From: Porphyridium purpureum
Lineage: Eukaryota
DNA length: 64,000 nt
Reading direction: 5' to 3'
NCBI GenBank assembly: GCA_008690995.1
Contig: VRMN01000001.1
Span: 682,001 to 746,000, forward strand
Position numbers and translations under genes: made by a program. Numbering within the stretch: position 1 is the stretch's first letter; every line of letters starts with the position of its first letter. The notes beneath the pieces were generated by a model. The model was not told where the DNA came from, ran no database searches, and worked only from the letters and a program-made list of their open reading frames with translations. Of the stretch, positions 1 to 12,529 are shown in pieces.

Positions 1-877
1 GTACAGGGGCTTTTTCGCCCGCGTGGTTTTTTACCCTGTACCTCTGGTTTGTGCATTGTTGTCTTTCGCCCCGAGGAGCCGAAGTCGCGTGTCCGAGGGA
101 AGCAGGAGCCGCTTGGCGGCCGGCCAGCACCCATTGAGCCGCTTGCTGACGTGGCTGGCTGTGGCTTCGTTCTGTGGAACGAACGGAGGAAAGCCCAGCC
201 TTTGGGAGAAATAATTTCTCCCTTCCGCGTCAAGGACAGCAAGGACGGCGGGGTATATAATGGGCGCGGGCCCGTGCGGTTCCCCGGATTTCTAGAGAGA
301 AGAAGAAGAAGAGGCAAGGGAGTACGACACAGAGAATAAAGGAAGAGTTGTTCTTTGGTGTCGGGTGCCTGGGCGTGGTCGTCGGAAGGCGTGGGGCCTT
401 TTGCTGAGCCTGTGTAGCAGAGCCAGCAGCACATCGTGTCTGGGGGGTTTCGGTGCTCTTGGAGCACTGAAGGCAGACGGCGGCTTTGTCCGTTACGACA
501 CCCTGCCCCTGTCGAGACCGGTGCTGTCTGTGCCGACGCGAAGGGCAATAGTAGAGGCCCTATACGTTGGATTTTCCACGCCCCGGGTATTCGTCGTCTG
601 TGTTGTGTGCGTCGTGTGGTTGTGTTCTCTGTGCTGTGTGCGTCGTGTTGCTGGGGTTCGGTCATCTGAGAAGGGTTGTGTCATCCGGGTTCGTGCGCTT
701 GTCATCATCAAGCGTGCGAGAATTTAAAGCAGGGTTTAAACTGTACCTCCACTGTTGGGTGTTCTGTATTTTCACCAGCAGGGCAACGCGGCTGAGAAGT
801 TGGCGATGGATGGAGGGATAGGGCAGGGGAAGAAGGGCGAGAAGGGTGAGTGTTGTGAATCGTTGGTCGGAGTCAAG

Positions 878-1543
878 ATGAGCGCGGAGCTCATGGAGCT
901 GGCCAGCATGGACTGGACAAACACAGAGCACATGATGGGAACGACGATCATGGCGACGGCGTTCGACGGCGGTGTGGTGATGGGTGCGGACTCCCGGACA
1001 ACAACTGGCTCGTACATTGCGAATCGCGTCAGCGATAAAATCACCCCGATCACAGACAAGGTGTGGTGCTGCCGTTCCGGATCAGCAGCCGATACCCAGG
1101 CGATCTCGGATTACGTGCGGCTCTACACCGCCCAGCACGCCATCGAGCTGGGCCAGGAGCCGCGCGTCAAGACGGTGGCAAATTTATTCAGAGAAATCTG
1201 CTACTCAAATAAGGCGAATCTGATGGCCGGGATCATCTGCGCCGGCTGGGACCAGTTCAGCGGCGGCCAGGTCTACAACATTACGCTCGGGGGTAGCTGC
1301 GTGCAGCAGCCATTCTCGATTGGCGGCTCTGGTTCGACCTACATCTACGGGTACTGCGACTCGAACTTTCGCGAGAATATGACGCGCGACGAGTGCGTCG
1401 AGTTTGTTAAGCACGCTCTCGCGCTCGCTATGGCGCGCGATGGCTCAAGCGGCGGTGTGATCCGCATGGTGATCATTGACTCGTCCGGTGTGCAAAAAGT
1501 GTTTATTCCAGGAGACAAGCTCCCGATGGCATGGCAGGGATAA
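878..1543 (+). CDS. PSMB6: 20S proteasome subunit beta1 (beta type-6)
   Basis: Propeptide then G/TTIMA catalytic Thr, [52 protein letters not shown] at 878 is in frame with ORF 755..1543. Confidence 0.96.
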   Translation: MSAELMELASMDWTNTEHMMGTTIMATAFDGGVVMGADSRTTTGSYIANRVSDKITPITDKVWCCRSGSAADTQAISDYVRLYTAQHAIELGQEPRVKTVANLFREICYSNKANLMAGIICAGWDQFSGGQVYNITLGGSCVQQPFSIGGSGSTYIYGYCDSNFRENMTRDECVEFVKHALALAMARDGSSGGVIRMVIIDSSGVQKVFIPGDKLPMAWQG

Positions 1544-1796
1544 GATGCGGCTCGTATTTAGAGCTCAGAAGTGTCACGTAAAGAAGCAACTCGGTTTTTC
1601 TGACGAATTCAGGCGCAGGAAATGATACTCTGTGCGTCATGACTTGTTTTCGGAAGCACCACCGCTACTGATCAAGAACTGGACCACGGTCGAGATGTCC
1701 ATCCTCACTGAAGGGACAACGAGACACGCACGGCGGAAGCGGATCAAGCCTGTACCTTCTTGAAATGATGATTCGGTTGAGCAAAGCGGCCTGGCA

Positions 1797-3599
1797 TTAA
1801 AAACATTCGCGCGGTCGGATGGGCATGCACAAGTTGTAAAACGAATTAGGTACAAAAAGGTCTGCTGTCTTCCAGCCGCACCAGCCCTTCTCAAGGATCA
1901 CTTTCTCATCCTCCTGCCCGATGTAATGCGGATCCAAGATCAGAAATTGTGTCTTTCCCGTCGTGTGGTCAAAGCTGACACCAAGAAGCGTGTACGCAAG
2001 CACACCGCCGCCTATCATGACGGGTGTTCCCTGCTGCTGAAAATGCTGCATCAACTCGCGGCCTTTGGACTCCATTTCTGCGCCCGCGCTAACGTGCATG
2101 ATTCGACTCGAAATGCCGGTCAGTTCGTTCAGCACGTAGCACACTTCGTTGGCCCCGATCCATTCCTTACTGCCGAGGAACGCGGAGGGTTTATCACCTA
2201 TTCGTACCAGCGTCTGCTGGATCTCTTCGTGCGTGGGCACGCTGATCGACGTATAGTTCTGGTAGCGGCACCACGACACAATCGCCATCAAAGAGCGGTA
2301 CGCGCAGCCCCAACCTTTGTCATCGACTTTGTCCTGCATGTAGTGAAAGTAGTCGTAGCTTCCTTGCACCAAGAATTGTTCGGCCGTGGCTTGCACCGCG
2401 CCGCGGTACTCTGGGATGCGCAAATGGACATTCTTCAAGTACTTGGAAGTTTCTGGCATACACGACTCACAGTCTCGCTCAAGGTCGTACTCACAGGCCG
2501 CGCGGAATACGGGTCGATCAAAAGGTAGCATCAGCGCAAGGTGCGCAGACCTGCGCAGCTCGATGAACGAGCTTTCGTGCTCCTGTTGGTCCGTCGCCGC
2601 GCACAAACACGTCACTGGACATGACATGTCTGGTGGTTTGAAGTGGATGGGCCGCAGCTGCTCCGTACTCGACACCAATGAGGTCAACTGTATCAGCTGG
2701 TGTTTCAGCGCCTGAACCAAGGACTGCACCAACTGGGTTCCGGTCGAGGTAGTGCTTGTGCACAAAAGCACGTCTAATCCCATCGGATAACACTGACTTT
2801 GCAGAGGTTCAAGTACCCGAACGTACGGAGCATCCACAGAAGCACCAGACGTGTTTGGCATTGCGCCAGTACATTTATACAGCAAAGAGAGCCGATACAC
2901 CGCTTTACGCGCGCTCTGTGCCTGTTTGGCGGTTGGATGTCGGGTTTGCCCAACAACAGGCTTCCCCTTCCGCTTGGGTTGCTGTGTCCTTTGGGGAAGC
3001 TCACCGCCGACATTGCGTAAGCTTCCATTCCTCTCGTTACCTTTCAAGTGGAGAACGGTCTCTGACAAGGGCGCATCCATGGCCTGGCCGCCTACAATGA
3101 ACTGTGCGTCTGCCAGCTGGAACGCATTTGAGAGACTCAGTTCTGCTACCCACTCATCCCAATCTTTCTTGCTTCCGTGCATACTGATCAGACGGGACGC
3201 ATGAACCCGGAAAATTAGCGTCGATGAAATCGAGCTCTGCACGGCCGCGTCGTCCACCACGAAGCGTGTGGTCCCGTGCTCGACGCCACACCGCGCCAGA
3301 CCGAACGGTAACGACATCACTTTGCAGTCCACATCGGCCAAAGTCACGCACCAGGCAACGAACGGCGGCCGACCTTGCGCGTTGCTCTGCGAGACGTCTT
3401 TTGATTCAAAGCCGTGACATAGATATCGGACCGATGCTGCGGTGTCCTGAAGCGCGGCCGCATGCTGGATGATCCGCCGGTGCGTCGCACTTGACACGAG
3501 CACCGCCGTCATATCTGCACCATCATGTAAGCGCGCTGCGTGCGCATCGGGTTTTTTCTCATCGTCTCGAGGCGTGCTCGGGCCATCCTTGTTCTCCAT
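1797..3599 (-). CDS. UFSP2: Ufm1-specific protease 2 (peptidase C78)
   Basis: YFHYMQD..DDKGWGCAYRSL (catalytic Cys), GSKEWIG, PVMIGGGVLAYT, LILDPHY (Asp-Pro-His), GWCGWK, FYNLCMP. Confidence 0.95.
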   Translation of the reverse strand: MENKDGPSTPRDDEKKPDAHAARLHDGADMTAVLVSSATHRRIIQHAAALQDTAASVRYLCHGFESKDVSQSNAQGRPPFVAWCVTLADVDCKVMSLPFGLARCGVEHGTTRFVVDDAAVQSSISSTLIFRVHASRLISMHGSKKDWDEWVAELSLSNAFQLADAQFIVGGQAMDAPLSETVLHLKGNERNGSLRNVGGELPQRTQQPKRKGKPVVGQTRHPTAKQAQSARKAVYRLSLLYKCTGAMPNTSGASVDAPYVRVLEPLQSQCYPMGLDVLLCTSTTSTGTQLVQSLVQALKHQLIQLTSLVSSTEQLRPIHFKPPDMSCPVTCLCAATDQQEHESSFIELRRSAHLALMLPFDRPVFRAACEYDLERDCESCMPETSKYLKNVHLRIPEYRGAVQATAEQFLVQGSYDYFHYMQDKVDDKGWGCAYRSLMAIVSWCRYQNYTSISVPTHEEIQQTLVRIGDKPSAFLGSKEWIGANEVCYVLNELTGISSRIMHVSAGAEMESKGRELMQHFQQQGTPVMIGGGVLAYTLLGVSFDHTTGKTQFLILDPHYIGQEDEKVILEKGWCGWKTADLFVPNSFYNLCMPIRPRECF

Positions 3600-3750
3600 C
3601 ACCCCTCAGCATACTTCCGCGCCAGACTGGAGAAGCCACACACACTCAAAAGTGTTCGCGGTCGGTGTGTCAAGCGAGAACAATTTAGGTTGAGCAAGGT
3701 TGGCGCGGGGAAGAGGTGCTCCAGCGTGAATCTGCGGGCGAGGGGACGGG

Positions 3751-4358
3751 ATGGCGAGTGCACAGGGCCTGCAGCCCGATCGGGCGCAGATGGAGCAGCT
3801 CATGGAGCTTCAGACGCGCGCCATGGAAATGCGGCAGCACGTCACAAGGGTATGTCGTGTTTTGACTTGCTCGGTTCGGTGGACGCCTGCGACTCGCGCG
3901 AGCTGGGCGTCTACTTGCTTGTTTCGATTTTCTTTCGACCGCATCGGACGTGAAGTTAGGTTGACTGACTTGCTCACTTTGTGACTTTGCACCTTATTTT
4001 TATTTCTTTTTGTCTGCATGCTCTATTTTTGGATGACGCCGGATTGGTGGTCGTGCCGCCTCAACAGCTTGCCAACCAGATTGCCAACTTGGAGCGCGAC
4101 CAAGCCGTGGCTCGCATCACGATTAACCATATCCAGAGCCTGCCGCCCGGCACGCAGACGTACCGTCCGTTGGGTAAGTGCTTCACGCTCGACAGCCCTG
4201 AGGCGCTGAAAGATCGCCTCTCGTCTGCCACGCAGAAGCAGGCGCTCGAAATTCAGTCCAAGACGACTCTTCGTGAACAGTTTTTTGTGAAACTCAAAGA
4301 GAATGAGCGCCAGCTCGAAGACCTGATGGACACGATCGAGCGCGGTGCGGGCAAGTAG
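3751..4358 (+). CDS. PFDN1: Prefoldin subunit 1 (two exons: 3751-3849, 4068-4358)
   Basis: Phase-0 GTATGT...CAACAG intron 3850-4067 joins MASAQ...QHVTR to LANQIA.... The beta-prefoldin hairpin TYRPLGKCF lies between coiled coils. Head-to-head with UFSP2 (about 150 bp apart). Confidence 0.85.
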
Positions 4359-4765
4359 ATGTGGCTCGGTGGCGAGCCTTGGGTCTCGTGCAGAGCCACG
4401 CCGACAGAAGGCCTACACGCAATGAGTTTTCAAGTTTAATTTCTTCTCTTTTCAATATTGTCTTTCTCTGCAACAAGTCACCCGCTCACTCTACATCTGA
4501 GCGAATCTCCTCGATTTTCCAAGTGCTCTATCAACTAGCCAACGTTCCCACCATACTCACACGAAGCGCGCGAAAGTCGCTGCGCCGACGCCACACTCAC
4601 GCGCCAGCAAAAGCGATTCACGCTGTTGTTCCCAGTAATCAATCTATTCACACAAACTCGCCCACTCTCGGTGCAACATTTGCAAGGCATCCTCGCTCAG
4701 AAGATCCCCGACGCAAATCGCCCAAAGCCATGAATCGAGTAAAAAGGAAGGGATTCGTGCGAGAC

Positions 4766-5239
4766 TTAGAAAAAGGAACCTCGATGAAAGTTGTTCATGT
4801 TGTGGTACTCGAACATGGCGTTCTCGTTTTCCCTGTCCTCAACGACCACTGGCAGTGCTTCTGAGCGCGCCGTACCAGATGCACGCAGCCCAGCCATGAC
4901 ATCGGGGCGCGCCTTTAGCGCGGCTTCGGCATGCAGCATGACATGCGGCGGGTCTGCGCGCAGTGATGACTCCAGGTGGTGCTCGTGCTCCGGCGCGGGT
5001 GAATTAGCCTCCTGCTTTGCGACGCGTAGCTTCCTGCGCACGCCTGCGGCCGGCCGCCGCCCGCCGCCGAGCATGACGGACCAGCGGCAATTTTGGCCGC
5101 AGTACCTGCCGCCCTTCTCGTCGACGAGCGGTGCCGAGTCTGAGGCGCTGAGCTGCTGCTCCACCCACACGACGCGCCCGCAGTTGACGCAGCGCTCGTC
5201 CATGCCTACTTCAGCACCCAACACTGTCTCCATGATCAT
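4766..5239 (-). CDS. Small hypothetical protein with a CxxC...YCxxxC (FCS/TRASH-like) zinc finger
   Basis: 157-aa ATG ORF. CVNC-x25-YCGQNCRW; C-terminus ends MFEYHNMNNFHRGSFF. Confidence 0.55.
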   Translation of the reverse strand: MIMETVLGAEVGMDERCVNCGRVVWVEQQLSASDSAPLVDEKGGRYCGQNCRWSVMLGGGRRPAAGVRRKLRVAKQEANSPAPEHEHHLESSLRADPPHVMLHAEAALKARPDVMAGLRASGTARSEALPVVVEDRENENAMFEYHNMNNFHRGSFF

Positions 5240-5577
5240 GAGTCACGCCTCAGCACACGACGCCAGCCGCTATCCAATGCCAAGCTCCACTCTTCTTCCC
5301 AACCTCGCGGCGTTCCGGCTCGACACAATGTGCAGACTGCTGCGCTCACTATGCTGGTCTCGGAATGTCTGCGTGTTTGCGTGCCTCTTCGTGGCCAACT
5401 GAGTCCGTCCCACACCGTGATGCTAGTGCCGCGCGGCGGATTTTATACTCCACGCTTGCGGTGCATGGCCGCAAGAATGCCATCCAACAGCGCGCGGGCA
5501 ACAACCCAGCGCCCCGAAATCGATCGATGACCGACCGTCATCATCTGGTGGACGTGCGCAAACACAAACACATGAGG

Positions 5578-5580
<3 letters not shown>

Positions 5581-5612
<32 letters not shown>
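5581..5612. repeat. (GT)16 microsatellite
   Basis: Perfect GT run read directly. Confidence 0.95.
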
Positions 5613-5615
<3 letters not shown>

Positions 5616-6543
5616 TGTGCTTGTGATTCGCCTTGATTGCACCAGTGGGGCGCGATAGAAACCCGCACAGTGGGATAGTGCGGCCGCTGCAAGTACCAAA
5701 CGGCCCTGTTTGAGGCAAGCGAAAGGACAGGCACAAGGCGACGCTTACAGTTGATTTGCTGCTTGCATTAATTAAAAGGCTCGAGGATCGGAGTCGAAAC
5801 CCCAACACTGCGAGCGCTGTGGGTGTGAGTGCGCGCGAGTCTAGTGGGAACGCCTGGAAAAGAAGGGACGGTGGGTCGAATCGGCCACATTCTACGCGGC
5901 GTGAGTGCGTGGCTTGGAAGCAGGACGTGCGGTTGTGACGTGGCCGCTCGAGATCTCGCGCGGCGCGAAATCTGCGCGGGGCTGGAATCAAATTCTCATT
6001 CAAACGGGCGTGTGCGCCAGGCGTCGCGCGCCGCGTTGGCACCGCCAGCGACGAGGATTGGTAGGGTTTTGGCGGCGTGGGCTCATATCTCCACGTGTCT
6101 CGATTCGGACACTCGCGCTGTGCACGCGCCGTATCGCATCGACGACGGCGCGCCTTTGCAGCGCAAACATGCTAATTGCGTCATCGCTTACACACGCGCG
6201 CCGACGGCGACGGCCAGACTTTATTCGTGAGGCAAGGGAGGGGGCTCGGATCGGCCTGACGCGAACACGTCGAAATGTTGGTGGGTTATCTCACCGGAGC
6301 CCCATGGATGACCACGCTCCAACATTCGCGTCCCAGAATAAATGGAATGTGCGTGAGGCGAGCCGCAGCGTCCCAAACACAACATGCCAGTGCGCCGCCG
6401 GCTGATACGCCAGTATCGATCAGTGAGAACGGCACGAGCAAAGATGACGAGGACAACAAGACTCAACAGCGAGCGTCAATCACGTCGCAGGGAAGGGGGA
6501 GCACAATACAAAACACCACGGACAGAAAAAAGACGACCCACCC

Positions 6544-9500
6544 TCATTCGCTCATATCCTCCAGTTCGCGGCACAGCGCCTGCGATAATTGCAAGAGGCG
6601 ATTCGTTACAGATGCCGCGGCACAGCTTTCCTCTGTTGTGGACAGCAGCGCCGCATCTAGGTCAGCCAGATGACGATGGCATGCCACGTGAGCGTCTTGG
6701 ACAAGGGACGCAGCATTATGCTGCCAAGAGGACGTAACGTTGGCAACGACTGACGCGGCCTCATCCTCGTCTGCACTACTGGCGCGCAGCTTGCGGATGC
6801 CTGCGGCAATGTCGCTGGCCCACTGCGCGCCGGCTGAAACAGATTCGCGGAATGCACGATCCTCGCGCTGCACGTCGGCGACCAGTGTAGCAAGATGTGC
6901 CCGATGGTCTGCGTCAAGCTTCTGCATGCGCTGCTTCGCACGAGCTTCAAAGTCAATCAAAAGTCCGTGCGCACGCCGTTTCATAGCCGCTTCCCGAGCT
7001 GCCTGTTCTTTGCGGATGCCTGATTGCTTCTTGGCCAGAATGTGCTTCACGCGTTGCAGCAAAAGATTAGACAATCGCTCCGAGCCCGCAGCGGCGCCAG
7101 GGCGTTTGTCCGCGCGCGACCCAGTAGCGGCATTCAAAAGTTGCTCCACGCCCTCCAAATGCGTGTCGTTTTCGAAGCCCACGAGCTCTGATCGCACGCT
7201 CTGCCACTCGCGTGCTTGAGCGAGCATCAGGCTACCCTTACCATCATGCGCCCCCGTGGCACGGGCAGCCGCTGAGAATCCAGACGTCCTGGGCGTCTGT
7301 GCCACCACTCGCCGTTTCTCGACATCATCCTCTCCACCACATTCTGGTCTTGGTCTTGTCTGGGCCGCCCTGTTTCGTTCGCAACGCTTGGATATGCCCA
7401 CGTCCTTGTCTTCCCATCCCAAAGACCGCAGAAAACCAAAAACATCCTCGCTCTTTTCCTTGGACGCACGCGACGGCGAAGATGCTGCCGCAGCGTTCGG
7501 ACTCAGCGGAAGAGTGAGGGACCTGGCCTTCGACGGACTCGCTGTTTCGGCGGCTCCTAGTGTCGAAAGACCCAAACTGTGACAAAGCGGTGGTTGCGAC
7601 GGGCCTTCTGCCTTGAGACGAGAGACCGCCGCGCTCTCCTTGTGTACACTGTCATGGCCAAGGCTCAAGGTATCACAGTGCTGAACCCGGCTTGCGCGCG
7701 CCTCATCGAGGTCTTTCGAAGGACGCACCAACCTCTTCGGACACTGTCGCTCCGTTTCGGTCGTCACGCCTGCCGTCCTTCCGACTGCATCAATGCTGCT
7801 CCTTTCCATGACCTGCGAGCCCTCCCACTGGGGTCGTGCAGTCGAACGAGTGACTGTAGCACCGGCATCCTCTTCCTTTTCTTCGTCGTAAGACGGTTTC
7901 CGACCAACAAACTTGGCGCTCTCAGAACACAAGCCGGCTGAATGAGTTCCTGGTCCCTGCCGGACAGGCTTCAGCGACCTCGCCGGCCCGGATGAGTGTG
8001 CAGGCGTCATCTTACCATTGCCCAATACCAAATCAGACAGCGTTGGTACATCCAAAACGGAACTTTTGCTTCGCGGAAGCGACTTTGCTCGCCGCTTGGC
8101 TTGGCTTGGCACCGTGGCTACCAGAGATGCCTTGTTTTGCCTGTCCTTGCGACTTCGGGAATCCGAGTGTGCACTGCGATCGCGACCATTGTCAGACTTC
8201 TCAGGTGTGATCCACTCCACCTCGCGCACAGCGGCAGCAACGGTGGCGGCACCAAGTTCTGTGGATGACTTTGGTTGAGGATCCTTACTTTGCTGTGCCT
8301 TCATCGCAGAGGATCCTTCACCATCTTGCTCGTCTCCGTGGGTTTCTTTGTAGAACACGGATTTGCTCCTAGGCCGCAAACTCGAACGGCGGTGTCCTGC
8401 GAGGCGAGCCGTAGACGCTTCCTCCTCGCAAGGGCTTTTGCCTTCCAGATGCTTGTGTCGCTTTTCTACAGGCTCTGAATCTCGTTCAGCATCTCTGCGA
8501 ACCGCACGATCATTCGGAGCACTCGCGCGTTTTCTGCTTCCCTTTGCTTTCCGTGCACTTGGCTTCTCTGACTCCAAAAGTGCGTGTCTGGCCTTCGTCT
8601 CTGACTCTGTGACCTTTGACTTCAATGCGGGGGGCGTTGCAAGATCGTTTGAGATCGGCTTCTTGGTTTTGTTCTTCTCCACACCTGTCCTCGCAGGCGG
8701 CTGATGATCCGAGGGCTCTGCTCCACGAACACGCGGTACCTGCTTTGCCCCGATGGGACCTCCTTCGAAGAAAGTGGCTATCGACGCTCGCCGTTCAGCG
8801 AAACCTGCGAGGCGGTGTCCTCTGTCTACGCGGGACGACGGACATCGCTCATCCAGCTCTGCCGTCGTCACTTTGCTCTTGGGATCAGACATGGATACGC
8901 TGTGATGATTGTCGGCATCATCGCCGCATCTAGCCTCCGTATTGTCACCGCCGAGATGGACAATGCTCATCTTTCTTGCACCTGTTGGAGCAGACCCCGG
9001 ACGTCCAAAGCCCCCTCCGGCGTCCGTCTTGCCCTTCACCGCACCAAGGATACTGGAGATCAGCTCAACAAATTCATCCCGGGCGCGGTCTGTGCGGAAC
9101 TGGAGCGTACAGGTGTGAGCCGCGCTACATGTATCTCTGCTTTCATTCCCAAGACGGTATTTGACTGTGGCTGCAAGCTCAGAGAAAACAAGTGTGGCGC
9201 AAGCTGAGACGGATGCAGGCTCTGTCTGAACGCCCACAAGGTCGACGACATGAATCCGCACCTGAGCAAAGTCCTCTGCGTCGCAATCAAAAGAAAGCAG
9301 AAAAGAGTTGACATCGAGCCAAAAGGTGCAACGAACGCCGTCCAAAATGGTTCTTGCCCGGAAAGACGCCGGGCGACCAAGACTCCCAGTCACTCTCTCG
9401 CCGATAATCTCTGACGCAAGTTCTCGCATGCGTTGCCGATTTCCAAGTTCTATGCCAAGAATTTTGGCCGCAATCGCATCACCAAACTCGGAGCGCAGCA

Positions 9501-10576
9501 GGGCTTGCATTTTCGACTTGCTTTGTGAGGGTGCTGTCACAACTGTGCCGTCTGAGTTTGCGGCGCATCGAAAACATCCAATTACAGCAAGAAGCGCGCG
9601 CCGGTCTGCAATGCTTACACACCTCTCGCGAAGGCCGCGTCCCTTTTCTGCAATGGCTGCACACATACGGTCAAAGTTAATGGGGCAACCCTCCACTAGG
9701 TTGAACAATGCTCCAGCTGCCTCGCGATGCACGTCCAGCCACTTCATACCCGTGCTCAATGGCAGCGATGACGTGCCGGATGCTGCAAGTACCTCAGCCT
9801 CTCCCCACATCGCCAGCTCGGTACACAGAGGCACCATGCCAATCATGGCGCCCTGCCAGCGCTCATTTACCGCAAGATCGATCGCAATACCTAAGAGCTG
9901 GCCCAGAAGAAGCACGCAGTCATCGTTCTCTTTCGCATGGGGACGAAGAATTTCAAAGGCGGAGGCGAGCGATTCGCACATTCCTTGACCTGCGCGAGCA
10001 CAAGAAAAAGGAAAGACGACGAAGAGATGAGCCAACGTACACCATGGCATGTTACAGCTGTTAGTCAACCCTGAACTTACAAACATCCCTGTGTCTCTTG
10101 CAAAGTGGTACTGGGCGTGCGAAACCGGGAGCAAATGACTCGATCACTTACATGCACAATCGAGAAATACCAAGTTTTCAAGCCGCTTCTTTAGGGCATC
10201 GAGCAGTCGACGAGCGCGCTCAAAGTCGCGACTGGCGACCAAGTCCATAAAAAGCTTCCAACTTTCGGATACAAGCATCTGCATGTACTTTGCGTGCGAC
10301 CCGTCCTCTGACTTCATCTAGAAGAATTATAATTTCGCCTCGAAGCAGATAGGTTAGCATCTGCATGCATCCTGTCGATCCCGGAACTCAACGTGTGCAT
10401 CCGCAAAAGGTGTGTATTGAGATGCATGTATTCCTCCCGCGCGATTTTGACATCCGGCAGGTCAAACGCAAGCAGTTCTCCAAGCCTACCTTGCCCTCTG
10501 GATCGCACTGCAATGCATTCAGTACACGATCGGCGCTCCATCGCGGCACAACCTGTGCCTCTCGCTTCTCCACCAT
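6544..10576 (-). CDS. Large protein with helical N-terminus, PH-like domain, long disordered region and C-terminal coiled coil; candidate SYCP2/Red1/ASY3-type meiotic axis protein. Exons about 10576-10490, 10317-10152, 9989-6544
   Basis: Phase-0 intron 10489-10318 (GTAGGC...CTAAC...TTCTAG) and phase-1 intron 10151-9990 (GTAAGT...GCAG) give one open frame. FWLDVNSFLLSF recalls the SYCP2 PH-domain FWIDFN motif. Coiled-coil C-terminus. Confidence 0.6.
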
Positions 10577-11098
10577 CACGAAAGGAAATCTACCGCGGCA
10601 GTGTGGAGCACACCGCCATTCATGTCCAAGCCTCTCACGTGCACAAGTTTATGCACACGATATGCACACCTTGCAGTGCACCCGCGTCGGGTGCATACAT
10701 GCAGTGCTATACAAATCGTTTCCTGAATTCGTTTCTCTCTCTTGGCTCTTCACAAACATTCCATGTCCCGTCTCCTCTGCTCTTCTCTCTCCTTGCGTGC
10801 CTCTCTCGTCTCCCTCGCAAGAAGACTCGAACTTATTTACGTAGTAAATCAAGCTCGTTTATTGATAATTTGGCCAATGTTCTGGCAAGCAGTCATGGAG
10901 GCTAAGCTTCTCCAGCCCGGCACGTAGCGCACGCGGGTGTCGTTCAAGCACACATGCAGTTTGTCATCTAGAGATGATCAGTTCCGCACTCCCAACTTTC
11001 CCCGTGCCTGCCTCACTGACAGACACGCACAAAAGCTTGCCCAGAGTTTCCCCGTGTTGTCGAATGTGGTACAATGGTACTCTATTCCTAACTTGTGA

Positions 11099-11566
11099 TC
11101 AGGTTGGATTTGTCTTGTCTTCGTCTGCCAGGTCAGACTTTCTCGAATCAACAAAGCAATCGCTGATCCATCCGTCCAGGGCCTTTGCCGGCTCGAAACC
11201 TTCCCCTGTTCCAGAATCAATGTCATTCGGGCTTGATTCACCAGAGCCCGATTGCTCAAAAAACGAACGCATCTCGAAATAGTCACCCCGAATGCGTTGT
11301 ATCGCGTTTTCATTCGCCGCTGATAAGGCATCGCGATCGGCTTGCGCCGCACTCAACTCCAAATCGAGCTCCTTCATCGTATTTTTGTGCGCCATTAATC
11401 GTTTCACCACCCAGCCATTCAGTCCAAACATCAAGAACGCCAGTGCAATGTCCGACTTGTGAAAGTACATGGAGCCCGGGACCGCGCGGGTCCGCCTGCC
11501 TGGACCCATTCTGAAACCTCCCGCCACCCGCCTTAACACCGAATTTCGCCAGCTAGAAGAGGCCAT
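11099..11566 (-). CDS. Hypothetical single-TM coiled-coil protein, possibly mitochondrial
   Basis: Arg-rich presequence-like N-terminus (MASSSWRNSVLRR), one hydrophobic helix (IALAFLMFGLNGWVV), short coiled coil. Confidence 0.55.
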   Translation of the reverse strand: MASSSWRNSVLRRVAGGFRMGPGRRTRAVPGSMYFHKSDIALAFLMFGLNGWVVKRLMAHKNTMKELDLELSAAQADRDALSAANENAIQRIRGDYFEMRSFFEQSGSGESSPNDIDSGTGEGFEPAKALDGWISDCFVDSRKSDLADEDKTNPT

Positions 11567-11677
11567 CTTATATCGAGTTTTTCCCCACAGTTCCAGTTCG
11601 TGCTGCTCTCCCACGCGCTTTCTGCCGCGCGCAAGGTTTCCCTTCTGCTTTTACTGTTTCTAGTTGAATAAGACCTG

Positions 11678-12529
11678 CTATTCTGGAGCGTGGAGTTCCT
11701 GTTCCGGAGATACTTTAGATAACATTTCGATACCATCAGAGGGCCCGCAACGCTCCAGCCACGGTCTTATTTGCTGCTCGAGTCGCGAAACCCAGCGCTC
11801 ACCGTGCGCTTCCAGATGCACGTACCGCGATTCGTCGGAATCCAGCTCGCCTGTCTCCAGCATCCTGTCCAGGTCCGGTAGCTCTTCTGCAAAGCTCAAT
11901 TTCACATGCAGCCTTTGCTCCGGCAGCATCTTGGGATCCAGGCGGTCCGGCCACTCAATCAGACTGATTTCGCGCTTGAAGATTGTGTCCAAGTCCGCAA
12001 AGGTGCGGTTCACGGGTGCTTCTAACCGCCACAAGTCCATGTGATGAATCACAATAGAGTCTTGCACCGGGTTTCCGGCCGTCGCCGCGTCGTGCGTCAC
12101 GTCGAGCAAAAATGTCGGTGATGTTACGCTCCAGCTCGGGTCGCGCATGAAAGCACGAATATAGCAGCGCACAAACGCGGTCTTTCCGCATCCCATTTCG
12201 CCCTCCACTAGAAAGCAGTCGCCGGCAACAGAGAGGGACGCCAAGTGAGCGGCAAGGGCCTCCATCGCGTTCAAGTTGGCCACTCGCACTCCGCGAGTGG
12301 CAACTTGGCCAGACGACTGAAGTGGTCCATTCAATTCAGCACTCGTGTCCAAATCCGAACTACCTGACCTGCCGAGAATGAGACTCCGAGCCATGCGGCG
12401 CTTATGAACGCGCAAGATCGACCACGCCGCATGTCTGGTACTATGGATACTTGTCATGGCGCCACACCTGAGGGGCGCCAGGAGAGATGGCAGCGGCCGC
12501 AGCGAGGCAAGCACCGCGAAGGCTGCCAT
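11678..12529 (-). CDS. tsaE: tRNA t6A biosynthesis ATPase TsaE (YjeE), organelle-targeted
   Basis: GEMGCGKT P-loop, VTSPTF, HMDLWRL, LIEWPDRL; MAAF-type transit peptide. Confidence 0.92.
   Translation of the reverse strand: MAAFAVLASLRPLPSLLAPLRCGAMTSIHSTRHAAWSILRVHKRRMARSLILGRSGSSDLDTSAELNGPLQSSGQVATRGVRVANLNAMEALAAHLASLSVAGDCFLVEGEMGCGKTAFVRCYIRAFMRDPSWSVTSPTFLLDVTHDAATAGNPVQDSIVIHHMDLWRLEAPVNRTFADLDTIFKREISLIEWPDRLDPKMLPEQRLHVKLSFAEELPDLDRMLETGELDSDESRYVHLEAHGERWVSRLEQQIRPWLERCGPSDGIEMLSKVSPEQELHAPE

Noticed and set aside
9990..10134. N-terminus of the 1196-aa ORF as given in the track
   Set aside because: It lies inside a predicted GTAAGT...CAG intron (10151-9990) that joins upstream exons in frame.
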